This document shows positions 13,401 to 26,593 of a stretch of 64,000 nucleotides of DNA, piece after piece (the stretch's first letter is position 1; each line of letters starts with the position of its first letter). The notes under the pieces are model-generated. The model had not been told where the DNA came from and did no database searches. It saw only the letters and a list, made by a program, of their open reading frames with translations. The stretch comes from the human T2T-CHM13v2.0 reference genome, Homo sapiens. The stretch lies in NCBI RefSeq assembly GCF_009914755.1, contig NC_060925.1; one strand, 5' to 3'. Position numbers and translations under genes: made by a program.

Positions 13401-13556
13401 CTTGCGTACTGCTGGACACGCCAAATCCCAGAGACGCAGATCTAGCTTGAGCAAACTTTAGAAAATCTGATCTGACTCTAGTTAATTACTGCGCAGAAGG
13501 CGCTTCACAGGGAGGATTAAATCCGGGCATTATTTAGAAATTTCATTCTGTTCCAG

Positions 13557-13630
13557 ACGGGACCAAAGATAGCTCTGGCTGACAATGGTTGAAAACTGAC
13601 CCAGAACTGTCAAGAATCTCAAAGATCCAT
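13557..13630 (+). ncRNA. Candidate non-coding exon of a plus-strand (antisense) transcript
   Basis: TTTCATTCTGTTCCAG| acceptor and CAT|GTGAGT donor; 74 nt; stops in all three frames. Confidence 0.35.
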
Positions 13631-14456
13631 GTGAGTAGGACATGCCACATCAAGTTGGCTGCCCTGAACTGGTATCAGGCAAGATCCACAAATCTGGGCT
13701 GGCCCAGGAGTAGCCTGGTTTCCACTGAGGAATTTGACACTATTTGTGGTTTGTGTGTGCTGTACCACCCATGGGCCAGTACTAATAAAACAGGATTATG
13801 GAAATTAGCTTGATTCATCATTTTTTCCTTCATCTTGCTTTTGCCCTTTTCAGCCTTTGCTGAGGACTATGTCTGATTATGATACATTTTTTCCTTTTGA
13901 CCTAAATACATTAAATTTAATCAGCTTTAAAAAATTCTCTTGATTTTGATTTAAGAAAAAAGCTTAAGAATGACTTTTATTTTGATTAATTTCATTTTGA
14001 GATTCCCTTCTCTCTTTCATTCTAAGTCTTTGCTGTCTTAAGGAGCAACTGTAGTTGAATTACATAGCTATTTTTTGAAACTGTGATAAAATCTACTGCT
14101 TTAGGACTCTGTTACTTGTGGCCTTAAAATCCTAAAAGGAATTTCCACCTTAGGAGCCCTGGAAGACTTCTTTTTCTGGGTCTTGGGTATTTTGCAACGA
14201 ACAAGGAGCATTTTTCAGTCATTAGCTCCTCTGACTGTATGTGGTTAATCCAGGATAATTTGAATTTCCCTTAGGGTCTGAGTATTTACCAAGAACTGGC
14301 ACAGAGAAAATAATCCTCTCAAAGGATGTAGATAAGTAGCTCAGCCCTAATGGGCAAAATGACCCCAGTGAGTGTGGGGTGTGCCACTGATGCACTAGGT
14401 TGGGAAGAGTATTCAGCATTGTTCTCTGACGGTTTTTCATTGTTATTTCATTTCAG

Positions 14457-14553
14457 CTTAACCTCAGATGAAGTATTGCACCTAGAAGAATGGATATAGT
14501 TTACTTGACAAAAAGAGAGGAGGGCACTGAAGTCCCAAATTCTTTCATCAGAG
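14457..14553 (+). ncRNA. Candidate exon of a plus-strand (antisense) transcript
   Basis: Branch point CTCTGAC (14424-14430), pyrimidine tract, TTTCAG| acceptor, GAG|GTATTT donor; 97 nt. Confidence 0.35.
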
Positions 14554-15654
14554 GTATTTGGGGGCCACCATCCCCTTCTTTAGAAACTGCTTCTGAGATA
14601 CTCTTGCCAGCCACTCTGAAGGCAGACAACAATGCTTGTTCTCATCTGCCAAGCTGATTTTCCTCCTGCCAGTCTCCAGGAATGGAACAGAAATCCTGAA
14701 TGAAGAAATATTTTTAAATGGACGAAGTTACCAAGATAACTAGCATCTAAATAACTTAGTAAACTATGTCCTTTAAACCCTTGCCACAATGGCAACCTTA
14801 ACATATCCTCGGTGCTATATAAAAACTCTTACAGGACTATCAAACAATGAAATTCTTTGGACAGAAAGAACCAGGGTAGATCTACCTTATATTGGCTTCT
14901 GTGCAATGGTATTTGTGATCTAATTGTAATACAATGTTTCTGTTTTGGTACTATTGTCTGTTTTCTTTTTATTATCTTCTCTCTTAACCTATCTCCCCTC
15001 CCCCCAGGAAAAAAAATGAATGCCCTGTCAAAATATGGCATATGTAAGATGTTTTGGAATCTGAATGATCTTTTAAGGTTATTTCCCCCAGAGAATACTT
15101 GATAACAACCTGAATCAAGAGGGAAAACCCCCTACAGGGGCAGCCCAGACTCAAACATTTATATCCAGTTATAAACGTTTGCATAAGTCGTTAGGTCTTT
15201 AATAGTTTAGAAACAGAAATGTGAGCTGATGTGAAGAGCCCTATATAAAGAATATATGAATCCTTTTGATTTGGCCAGAGGGACATTTTGACTTTCCTGT
15301 TTCAAAACAACCATTCTGATGAGGCCAGGTCAAAAGTGCTGAGCTTATTAGAAAGTAATGGACCGAAAGATATCCCCCATCAAATTCCTGATTCCCATAC
15401 TGATCTCACCTCATTGCTAATGCCCATCCCATTAAATCCTAATTCTCAGAGTTGAAGAAGATTGGGTAAAAGCTCAAGAGTGGGGTGACTGATTACTTGA
15501 ATTACAGCAAAGTAAAACAGAAAAGCTTAATCTTTTTTTTTTTCAGGTCACATGAAAAAGTCCCTAGTATCAAACAGTATAACAAAGTGACTCCTTGGAC
15601 AGCTGCTTTGCCAATGTGACTGCCTCAAAATGCCATGCAACCAGCATGAGACTG

Positions 15655-15785
15655 CACAGAGTTTCTAATCTTTGCTGCAGCCCTGACTTTCAGTGAGACA
15701 GTGGCCAGGTCACATGGTCTCTGGGCCCCAGGCTCTCATCTCTAAACTGAGTGGCATGGGTTATTTGGATCTCTAACCTCAACTC
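15655..15785 (+). mobile_element. MIR remnant
   Basis: gtgagacagtggccaggtcacatggtctctgggccccaggctctcatctctaaa. Confidence 0.6.
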
Positions 15786-16559
15786 TACCCAACCAAGCTG
15801 CCCGGCTTCCAACTCCTATCAGTGAGCAAACAGCGAACCAGTCTCATTGGTTATTTTTTCCTTTTTTTAGGGATCAGTTCTCTTAGAAAAAACAAGACAT
15901 GTATACTGGGGCCAATGTACTTGACTGTCCATATATATTCATATTCCAGAAGTTGATGATAGATTATAGATTCCATCCCTAATATGATGGACAGGCACTA
16001 TATTTTTTCCTACTAAAATGTATAAATATTAAATTTTCTCAATATATGATGGCAACAATTTTCTGACACCTGGCTCCTTTAAAAATATATGAATCTGTTT
16101 GGGGCCTAAATAAGGATCAAATATTTGTAAGAGTACTTATTATGCTCACAGGTATAAATTCTTTTAACTCACAAAATAAATTCCTGGGAATCACGACAGA
16201 GTCAATAAGTTATGTGGTAGTCTCACAAGTGGAGTTCAAGAAATAGACATGCTGTTATTTGTAAAAAAAAAAAATATATATATATATATATGCAAATTTA
16301 CCATACAAGGACCTTTTAAAATCATAAGTGCATACTGATTAAAATGTTTGCCATCCATATATCTGAATCATTTTGTTACTTTCTCCTCAAAATATTAAAT
16401 AGTTTAATTCAATCAAGTTTGTTTGTTTTGGTTCTAATGAGTAAAATAATTTTTTTAAATAAGTGAAAATACTCCTATAATAACTATATGACTTCAAAAT
16501 AAGATAGCAGTCCTCAAATTACTACAATATGTAAGAAGTTACTATTTTTTATTTGATTA

Positions 16560-17270
16560 TCAGCTACCATTTTTCAGTGTTAACTGTGTGTCAGGAATTC
16601 TACGTGAACCTGTGAGGTAGGAATTATGTCAATTTTATATAGTAAAAAGCTATATAAACTATATAGTGTCAGAGAAATTACCCAAGCAGTCTAACATACA
16701 GTCAGTATAATTCAAACTCAAGTCACTTCAGCTTTCTTATAACACTAGTTTGCCTCTTAGTAATTCTTAATCTTGGAGAAGTTATGATTTTATTTTCATT
16801 TCATCCTTCACTTAAATATTTATTGAGTATCTGCATATGCCATAAATTCTACTAGGTGTCAGGGATGAAAGGGCAAGGGAAAGATGTAATCCCTTTCCTT
16901 AGGGAGTTATCAATACCCTGGAAAAGAGAGAGGCATGTAAACAAATCACTGCAATCAAATTTGAAGAACTACAAACAGGTATTCATAGGGCTCCAAAAAG
17001 CATAAGAGTCAAGTCCAGCTGGATTTCTGGGTCAAGGGAGGTTCTCCAGTGAGTTATGCTAGAATAAAATTTTAAAGAATAGTTATTAATGGGTTATGTA
17101 GACAATGGTGGAGAATGGCATTCTAACAGCAGAGATGTAAAAAATCTCAGCTCTTAAGAAAAATCATGTTATGCCTCAGTAACATCATGACCTTTAGGTT
17201 GGGGTAAAAGTTAGTGGAGAATGAGAGAGGAGAAATACCAAGTTGATTTTATTTTTAACCTTTGGCTTTT
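16560..17270. mobile_element. MIR and L2 remnants
   Basis: cctgtgaggtaggaattat (MIR); ttcatccttcacttaaatatttattgagtatct (L2 3' end). Confidence 0.55.
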
Positions 17271-17278
17271 ATATAGAG

Positions 17279-17455
17279 CAGTGTCCTCAAACCTTATCCT
17301 GCACCAATACCACCTGGAGGATTTGTTAAAATAGATTGCTGGGCTTCACCACCACAAGATTTTCCAACTCAGTAGGGACCAAGAATTTGTACTTCTAGCA
17401 AGTTCTCAGAAGCTGTTGATGCTGCTGGTCCAGGTACCATATTTGAGAACCACTG
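17279..17455. mobile_element. MER5A (hAT-Charlie)
   Basis: TIRs CAGTGTCCTCAAA / TTTGAGAACCACTG; 8-bp TSD atatagag / acatagag. Confidence 0.9.
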
Positions 17456-17913
17456 ACATAGAGCGATAAGCCATGAAGAGATTAACACAAGACCATAGTT
17501 TCAAAGTTTATTTACTTTTAGCCTTCTGCTTTCCCCTAAATATTAATCTAGATAATATCTTGACTTTAAAAAAATAAAGAGTAACTAATAATACATACAG
17601 GTTTATCAGATGTAGTCTTGTGGAATGAACACAAACCAACAAGGGAAAATTCTAACGAGGCTGAATTCATAATTCATGAATTTTTGAATATTTATTCTAA
17701 TTTCAACATCCAAAAGCTAGATTGTTCAAGATGGTCTCTTGGCCTTCCCCCACTCTGTACAAAGGACGATGCCTGTGTAAAAATAGGAGGGGTGTTCTCA
17801 CACCTGACCACTGCTCAAGGTGGCTCCTGCTCCCACACACCCCTTCCCAATTCCCAGGCAGGTGGCTGTTTGTGCCTCCAATAAGCAGGATGTTCAAGAA
17901 GAACATGCACCGA

Positions 17914-18240
<327 letters not shown>

Positions 18241-20005
18241 TCAACAATGGTGACTATCTAGGAGGTGAAACTGCTATGAAATTGCGCTTTTCTATTGATT
18301 TTTTAACATTTCTATACTGTTAGAAATTTTACTGATAGGTATACATAAACTTTTATTCAGAAGAAGATTTTTTTAATGCAAAGATGCTTTTAGAGTTGTA
18401 CAACAAGCAGAAATGATTTTCAAATTTTTTTCTTTATTCCTCTGTGGAACCAGCCTTTTGTTCAAACAAAATACTATCAGAAGTCCAAAACTTAAAAGTG
18501 ATGAAAGCACAGCTTATCAGGAAAAAGTGGTAATATAGAAATGAGAGACCCAAAAATTCTTTGAGCAATCACAACCTTACTGTTTCCTATGATAATTATA
18601 GAACTTTGAAAGAGTACTTTTCATTTAGCTATGTAAATTGTGGATTTCACTTTTTAGTTACCTCATTTCATATTTGTACCTTGGGTAGTCCCCTGGCATA
18701 TACTGAAAACTCAATTAATTGTAAGAAGCTTCCTAATTCAAAATCAGTTTCTTTATTTGCCTTTTCTGTTTTTAGTGTTCACCTATCAAAAAAAAAAAAA
18801 AGACACCAGGTTCTATCACGTAGAAAAAATATCTAAAACTGAAGTAACAAAAACATAACTTACGAAGTTCCCCAATTTAATTTTTTCATATCCATATTTG
18901 TAAGAATGGTAACTTAACTAAATATGAACCAAGTCAAAAAAGAAGGTGGGTGATTGTTGTCTGGCATAAATATAGAATAATATGTAAATTAATATAGTAA
19001 CTTACTTTCCACCAATAATTTTTCCTTGAAAAATTTTTATTGATGTATACTAGATGTACATATTTCCAGAGTACATGCTGTAATTTGATACATTCATATA
19101 CTTTGTAAATATCAAATCAGGGCAATTGGCATATACCTCAACTTAAATATTTAACTTTTCTTTATGCTGGGAATGTTCAAATTATTCTCTTCCAGCCATC
19201 TTGAAATGTACATAGAGTCATGCTAACTACAGTCACTTTAGTGATCTATCACAGGCTAAGATTTATTTTTTCTATCAAATTGTATATCTGTAGCCATTAG
19301 CCAACTTCTCTTCATCCCTCCCTCCCTCCTTCCCTTCCTGGACTCTGATAACCACCAATCTCTCTCTGTCTTCATAAGACTCACTTTTACAGCTCCCACA
19401 TATGAGTGAGAACATGTAATATTTGATTTTCTGTGCTTGGCTCACTTCACTTAACATAATGATCTCCAGTCCCATCCATGTTGCAACAAATGACAGGATG
19501 TCATTCTTTATGGTTGAATAATATTCCATTGTGTACATATATCACATTTTCATTACCTATTCATCTATTGTTGGCATTTAGGTCGATTCCATATTTTGGT
19601 GTTTGTGAATAGTGCTACACTAAACATGGGAGTGCAGATAGATACCTCTTCAATATATTTATTTCCACTATTTTGGATATATAGTCAGTAATATAAGTGC
19701 TAGGTTATATAATAATTCAATATTTAATTTTTTGAGGAATCTCCAAACAGTTTTCTATATTAGTTTTACCATTTACATTCCCACCAACAGTATATGAGGG
19801 TTCCATTTTCTCCATATCCTCACCAGCATCCATTATTCCCTGCCCTTGTTATAAAAGCCATTGTAACTGGAGTGAGATGATGGTTCATTGTGGTTTTAAT
19901 TTGCTTTTCTGTGATTATTAGTGATGCTGAACATTTTTTCATATAAATATTAGCCATCTGTATGTCTTCTGAGAAATTTTTACTCAGATATTCTACCTAT
20001 TTTTT

Positions 20006-20132
20006 GTAATTTCAACTCATATTTTAGATTCAGGAGGTATATGTGCAGATTTGTTACATGGGAATATTGCATGATGCTGAGGTTTGGGGAACAAATGATC
20101 CCACCACCCAGGTAGTGAGCATAGTACCCATT
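20006..20132 (-). mobile_element. 5'-truncated L1PB/L1PA16-like 3' end nested in L1MA
   Basis: atgtgcagatttgttacatggg...cccaggtagtgagcatagtaccca; TSD tacctatttttt at 19994-20005 and 20133-20144. Confidence 0.85.
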
Positions 20133-20892
20133 TACCTATTTTTTAAATCAGTAATTGTTCTTTTGTTGTTGAGTTCCTTATATATTCTGGTTGTTAATCT
20201 CTTGTTATATGGATAGTTTGCAAATATTTTTTCTCATTCTGTGAGTTGTCTCTTCACTTTGTTGATTGTTATCTTTGCTGTGTAGAAACATTTTGCCTTT
20301 ATATAATCCTATTTGTCTATCTTTGCTTTGGCTGCCTGTGCTTTTGAGATCTTACACAAAAAATATTTGCCCAGACTTATGTTCTGGAGCATTTCCCCAG
20401 TGTTTTCTTCGAGTAGTTTCACAATTTCAAGTCTTAGATTTAAGTCTTTAATCCATTTTGCTTTTTGTATATGATGAGAGATAGGGGTTTCGTTTCATTC
20501 TTCTACATATGGTTATCCAGTTTTCCCAGTACTACTTATTAAAGAAACCACCTTTTGCCCACTGTATGTTCTTGGAGCCTATGTCTAACATGAGTTGGCT
20601 GTAAATGTGTAGGCTTATATCTGGGTGGTCTATTCTGTTCCATTGGTCTACATGTTTGTTTCCATGCCATGCTGATTTGGTTACTATATTTTTGTAGTAT
20701 ATTTGGAAGTCAGATACTGTGATGCCTCCAGCTTTGTAGTTGTTGCTCAGGATTGCTTTAGCTATTCAAGGTCATTTGGGGTTCCAGATAAAATTTAGAA
20801 CATTTTTCTATTTCTGTGAAGAATATCACTGATATTTTGATAAGGACTGCATTGAATCTATAGATTGCTTTGAGTAGCACTGTCATTTGAAC

Positions 20893-21323
20893 TGTTAAAG
20901 CAAACTAAGTATGGCCTGAGAAGGACTTTATACTTCTATATTTGAGTCCTTGTGGATGAACTGCAACCTGAATTAATAGGTAGATGAGATGGAAAACCTA
21001 ACTTAGAAGTATGCACCTGTAACAATAGCTGAGTGTTGGCCAATCTCAGAGGCCACACTTCAACCACTCATAGACTATTGAGTGTTCAAATTGTGTTCAA
21101 ATAAGGCAAACACCAACCTGTAACCAATCCAGCTGTTCTGTATCTCACTTCCAATTGCTGTATATCACTTTACTTCTCTTGTCTATAAATTTGTTCTGAC
21201 CACAAGGCACCCCTGGAGTCTCTCTGAATCTGCTGTGATTCTGGGGGCTGCCAGATTCATGAATTGTTCATTGCTCAACTAAACTCATTTAAATTTAATT
21301 CACCTGAAGTTTTTCTTTTAACA
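20893..21323 (+). mobile_element. ERV1 solo LTR (MER57 family) nested in L1MA
   Basis: TGTTAAAG...TTTAACA termini; 4-bp TSD GAAC (20889-20892; 21324-21327); CCAAT boxes and TATAAA. Confidence 0.9.
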
Positions 21324-21411
21324 GAACAATATTAATTCTTTCAATCCATGAGCATGGAATATCTTTCCTTTTTTTGGTATGTGCCTCTTCAATTTCTTTC
21401 GTCAGCATTTT

Positions 21412-21502
21412 TTTATGTGTTTCTTTTTTTTATTATTATACTTTAAGTTCTGGGGTACATGTGCAGAACATGGAGTTTTGTTACATAGGTATACATGTGC
21501 CA
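21412..21502 (-). mobile_element. Very short L1PA 3' end nested in L1MA
   Basis: ttattattatactttaagttctggggtacatgtgcagaac...atacatgtgcca; diverged TSD ttcgtcagcatttt / ttcatcggcatttt. Confidence 0.85.
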
Positions 21503-24500
21503 TCTCTTCATCGGCATTTTAAGGTTTACATTATACAGATCTTCCACTTCTTTAAATTAATTTCTAGTTATTTTATGTTCTTTGTAGCTATTGCAAATGA
21601 GATTGCTTTCTTGATTTCTTTTTCAGATTGTTCACTGTTGGCTTACATAAATGGTACTGATTTTTGCATGTTGGTTTTGTATGCTGCAACTTTACTTATT
21701 CTTTTTTTGTTCTAACAGGGTTTTTTTTGTGGACTCTTTAGATTTTTCTAAATAAATGTTCATGTCATCTGCATATAACGATAATTTGACTTCTTCCTTT
21801 CCAATATGGATGGCCTTTATTTCTTTCTCTGACCTCACTGCTCTGGCCAGGACTTCCAGTATTATGTTGAATAAAAATGGGCATCTCTTTTTCCAGATCT
21901 TAGCAAAAAGGCCTTCAATTTTTCCCCATTCAATATGCTATTGACTATGGGTTTGTCATATATGGCCTTTATTATTTGGAATTATGTTCCTTCTATTCTT
22001 AACGTTTGTTGAGGATTTTTATCATAAAGTGATGTTAAATTTTATCAAACGTTTTTTCAGCATCTATTGAAAAGATCTTATAGTTTTGTTCTTGGTTAGG
22101 TAAAGAGGATACATTACATTTATTAATTTGCATATGTTGAACTATCATATCCTAGGATGCATCCCACTTGATCATAGTGAATGGTCTTTTTAATGTGTTG
22201 CTGAATTCAGTTTGCTAATATTGTGTTGAGGACTTTTGTATCTGTGTTTATCAGTGATATTGGCCTGTAGTCTACTTTCTGTTGTGTGCTTGTCTGGTTT
22301 TGGTATTAGGGTGATGTTAGCTTTGTGGAATAAGTTTGAAAGTATTTCTTCCTCTTCAGTTTTTTTTTTTTTTGAAGAGTTCGAGTTGAATTGGTATCAG
22401 TTCTTTAAATGTTTGGTAGAATTTAGCAGTGAAGCCATCAGGTCCTGGGCTTTTCTTTAATGAGAGACTTTTTATTACGGCTTCAATCTTGTTGCTCCTT
22501 ATTGGTTTGCTGAAGTTTTCTATTTCTTCGTGGCTTAATCTTGTCAGGTTGTATGTGTCCAGGCATTTATCTGTTTCTTCTAGTTTTCCCAATTTGTTGG
22601 CCTATACTTATAATAGTTTCTAATGATTCTTTTTATTTCTGTGGTCTCAGTTGTTATGTCGCCTTTCTTGTTTCTGATTGTATTCATTTGGGCCTTCTCT
22701 CTTTTTTGGTAGTCTATTTAAAGGTTTGTCAATATTGTTTATCTTTTCAGAAAACCAACTTTTCATTTTTAAGGCTGGGTTTAGTTTGTTCTTGCTTTTC
22801 TAGTTCCTTGAGGTGCATTAGTTCATTTGAAGTCTTTATATTTTTTGATGTAGGTATTTACTGCTATAAACTTCCCTCTCAGTACTGCTGTTGCTGTATC
22901 CCACAGATTTTGGTATGTCATATTTCCACTTTAATTTGTCTCATGAATTTTAAAAATTTCTTTCTTAATTTATTCATTGACCCTTTGGTCATTTAGGAGC
23001 ATGTTGTTTAATTTCCATGTGTTTGTCTCATTTCAGAGAGGTTCTTCTTGTGATTGATTTCTAGTTTTATTTCATTGTGGTAAAAAAATACATGTGATAT
23101 ATTGCTCTTTTAAATTTGCTGAGACTTGTTTCCTGGCCTAAGATACGGTGCATTTTGGATGAACTTCCATATGCTAATGAAAATAATGTGTATTCTACAA
23201 CAGCTGGGTGACACATTCTGTAAAAGTCATTTAGGTCTATTTGGTCTAGTGTAGTAGTTTAACTCTGCTGTTTCTTTGTTGATTTTTTTATCTAGATGAT
23301 TAATCCATTATTGAGAGTGGAGTGTTAAAGTCCATGACTGTTACTTTATTGCAATCTATCTCTCCCTTCAGATTTACTAATGTTGCTTTTGTGTGCTTTA
23401 GTGTTGGATGCATATTTATAATTGTTATATTTTCCTGCTGAATTGACCCCTTATATTATTAATATAGTCACCTTCTCTATTAGGCAGAGTCTAAAGTCTT
23501 TGACTAATAATCTGTTTATCTAAGTATAATTATTCCCCCCATTTTTTGGTTTTTACTTGCATAGAATATATTTTTCTATCCCATTACTTTCAGCCTACAT
23601 GTGTCTTCATAGGTGAGGTGGGTTTCTTCTAGGAAGCATATAGTTAGGTCTTGTTTCTTTATGTATTCATCCAGCCTATGTCTTTTAATTGGAGAACTGC
23701 ATCTGTTTATACTCAGTGCTATTACTGATGGGTAAGGACTTACTGGTGTCATTTTGTTGCTTGTTTTCTGGTTGCTTTGTAACTCCGTTCTTCCTTTTTT
23801 ACTGTCTTCCTTTGTGGTTAAGTGACTTCCTCTGGTAACATGTTTTAATTCATTGCTTTTTCTAATTTTAGCATATCTATTATAGGTTTTAACATGTAGG
23901 TTACCATGAGGCTTACAAAAAAATCTTGTAGACATAACAAGTCATTTTACAGAGATGACAACTTATCACAGATCACCCCAAAAAAGAAACAAGAGAGAAC
24001 TTTAATCTTTATTTTAACTCCATTCTCTCCACATTTTTGTTTTCTCAATTTACACATTTTTGTATTGACTATCTCAACAGGTTTCTGTAGCTATTATTCT
24101 TTTTGATACTTTGTGCTTTAGGATTCATACTAAAGTTATGAGTGTATTGTACATCATAATTGCAGTATTAAAGTATTCTGGGGCTGTATCCGAACTTCAG
24201 TTTTACCAGTGGGTTTTATACTTTCAAATATTTTTGGTTTTTTTTGTTTGTTTGTTTTGCACATTAATCTTTTCTTTCAGAATGAAAAACTCTCTTTAGC
24301 ATTTCTTGTAAGACAAGTCTGGTGGTGGTGAATTCTCTAAACTTTTGTCTGTCTGGCAAAGATTATCTCTCTTTCATATGTGAAGGATAGCGTTGTTGAA
24401 ACAATACTCTTGGATGGCAGCAGGGGTGGGGTGGGGGTTGGGTTTTTTTTTTGATTCCCCTGGCAGCACTTTGAAAATGTATGTTTTCTGTTGAGAAGTC

Positions 24501-26252
24501 TGTTGCCAGACCAACTGGAGTTCCTTTATATGTTATTTGCTTCTTTTCTCTTTCTGCTTTTAAAATCCTTTCTTTGTCCTTGACCTTTGAGAGTTTATTA
24601 TGCTTCTTGGTAAAGCCTTATTGGGGTTGAATCTGTTTGCTGTTTCTCTGACCTTTCTGTGCCTAAATTTACCTCTTTCTCAAGTTTTGAAAAGTTGTCT
24701 ACTGTTTCTTTGAATAATCTTTCTACTCCTCGCTCTTCTTCAACTCCCTCTCAAACACCAATAATTCTTATATTTCATCTTCTGAGCTAATATTCTATAT
24801 CTCATACGTGACCTGTCATTCCTTTCCATTCTTTCTTTTTTCTCCTCTGTGTAATTTCAAATAGCCCATCTTCAAGCTCACTGATCCTTTCCTCTGCCTG
24901 AGCAATTGTGCTGTTGAGTCTCTCTCTGATAAATTTTGCAGCTCAGCAAATGTATTTCTCAGTTCCAAATTTGTTTGATCTTTTAAAATCATTTCAATCT
25001 CTTTGTTAAATTTCTCTGGTAAATTTATGAATTGCTTTTCTGTGTTATCTTGGAGATGACTGAGTTTCCTTAAAATTGCTATTTTGAATTCTTGTTCAGA
25101 GAGCTCACATATTGCTGTTTCATTAGGTTTGGTCACTGGTTCCCTTCTTTGTCCATTTGGGGAGGTCATGGTTCCCTGTTTACTATTGTTTCTTGTGGAT
25201 GCATCTCCGTGTCTTTATTCCAGTCTTCTCTGTCTGGCTTGTTTTGTTTTTTGTTGGGTATGTTTGCTTATAGATTCTTTGTAATTTACCTGTTACATTC
25301 TTTTTTCTTTGCTAGGTTGTGGCCTCCTTTCCAGCATTAGATGGAACCTTAAACCCAGGTTTTCCTTGGCTCAAGCAAACAATTAGTGTGCTACTAGTCC
25401 CAAATGAGGGAGGTCTCAAAAGGGATACTAGCAGTGTGGGGAGGCTGGCTCAGGGTTTGTGCCCAGGATATCTGCGGAATGTACCACCTATAGCATGGTA
25501 CTGAAAAGCCACTGACTTGGCATCTCCTTTGGCCAAGTTACAAAGCAGAGTTTCCAGGGCTACAGATGGTAGCCCTGCCTCTGCCTTTTGTCTCCAGTTG
25601 TCCTCAGGGATATTTCTCCCTTCAGGCCCTTGTGCTGCTTCCTATGGGTTTAGGCAGGGCAGGTCTCCTGTGAGGGAACACAAGACAATGGGGAAGATGG
25701 CTGTCCACCTCAATCTCACTTTTTCCAGTGTTAGAAACCATGAGTTGTGGAACATTTTCCATGTGCTTGCTGCTGGGCTGACTGGGGGAAAAGGCATCAC
25801 AGATATGGAAGTTATAGTCTACCATCTGCTTGGAGTGTCTTTACTTCTCTGTGGCCCCAGGAACTCACTCATCCTCATACTGAGTTCTGGGATATTGTTA
25901 GTCTTGCTGCTGTACATTTGATTTTGGTTTTCTGTGGGGGCCGTTGAAGCCAGCTTGCTTCTATGCCACCATTTTGAAATTTAAGTCTCCAATAATGGCT
26001 TTTACTATCTTCAACCCTTGAGGGTAAGAACATACGTTGGAATATTTGGTACAATTTTTCTTGCTGTGAAAATACCAATATTTTTATTGTAAATCCTCTA
26101 TAATAAAGCACAGTGAACAATCCTAACCACCAGTTTTCTTCAAATGAGGTGTTGCTCAGTCCAACATTGTAGACCAAACCTAACATAACCACAAATGTTA
26201 TAATGTACAGTGCATTTTATTTTCTAGGCTCATCACCCAAAAAAAAGAACTA

Positions 26253-26593
26253 CAATCATTCCTCAGAATGCATGGAGGATTTGTTCCAGTACCTCCCTCA
26301 GATAACAAAATCTACAGATTCTCAAGTCCCTGATATAAAATGACATAATATTTGTATATAAGCAAGCACATACTCCCATATACTTTAAATCATCTCTAGA
26401 TCCCTTATAATACCTAATACAATGTAAATGTAAATACTATGTAAATAGTTGTTATACTGAATTGTTTATGGATTAATGACAAGGAAAAAGGATGTACGTG
26501 TTCAGTACAGATGCTTTTTTCCTCATGTTTTCCATCTCTGGTTGGTTGAACCCAAGAACGCAAAACCCACAGTTCAGTACAGAAGGACGACTG
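26253..26593. mobile_element. MER2 (TcMar-Tigger)
   Basis: ctcaagtccctgatataaaatg...tactttaaatcatctctaga...gtgttcagtacagatgc; TA flanks. Confidence 0.9.

Larger units (their letters stand above)
19025..25990 (-). mobile_element. Near full-length degenerate L1MA-type LINE with three nested insertions
   Basis: 3' UTR from about 19030; ORF2 remnants ([19 protein letters not shown] in ORF 22356..22592); ORF1 coiled-coil remnant (ORF 24816..25169); 5' UTR ending in a YY1-like CAAAATGGTGGC at about 25965-25976. Confidence 0.92.

Noticed and set aside
14876-14887. 12-bp palindrome GGTAGATCTACC
   Set aside because: Several palindromes of this length are expected by chance in 64 kb
22356-25169. L1 ORF1/ORF2-like ORFs (22356..22592, 23576..23935, 24816..25169) and 55384-57294
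   Set aside because: Fragments of dead L1 copies with many stops and frameshifts; no intact ORF1 or ORF2
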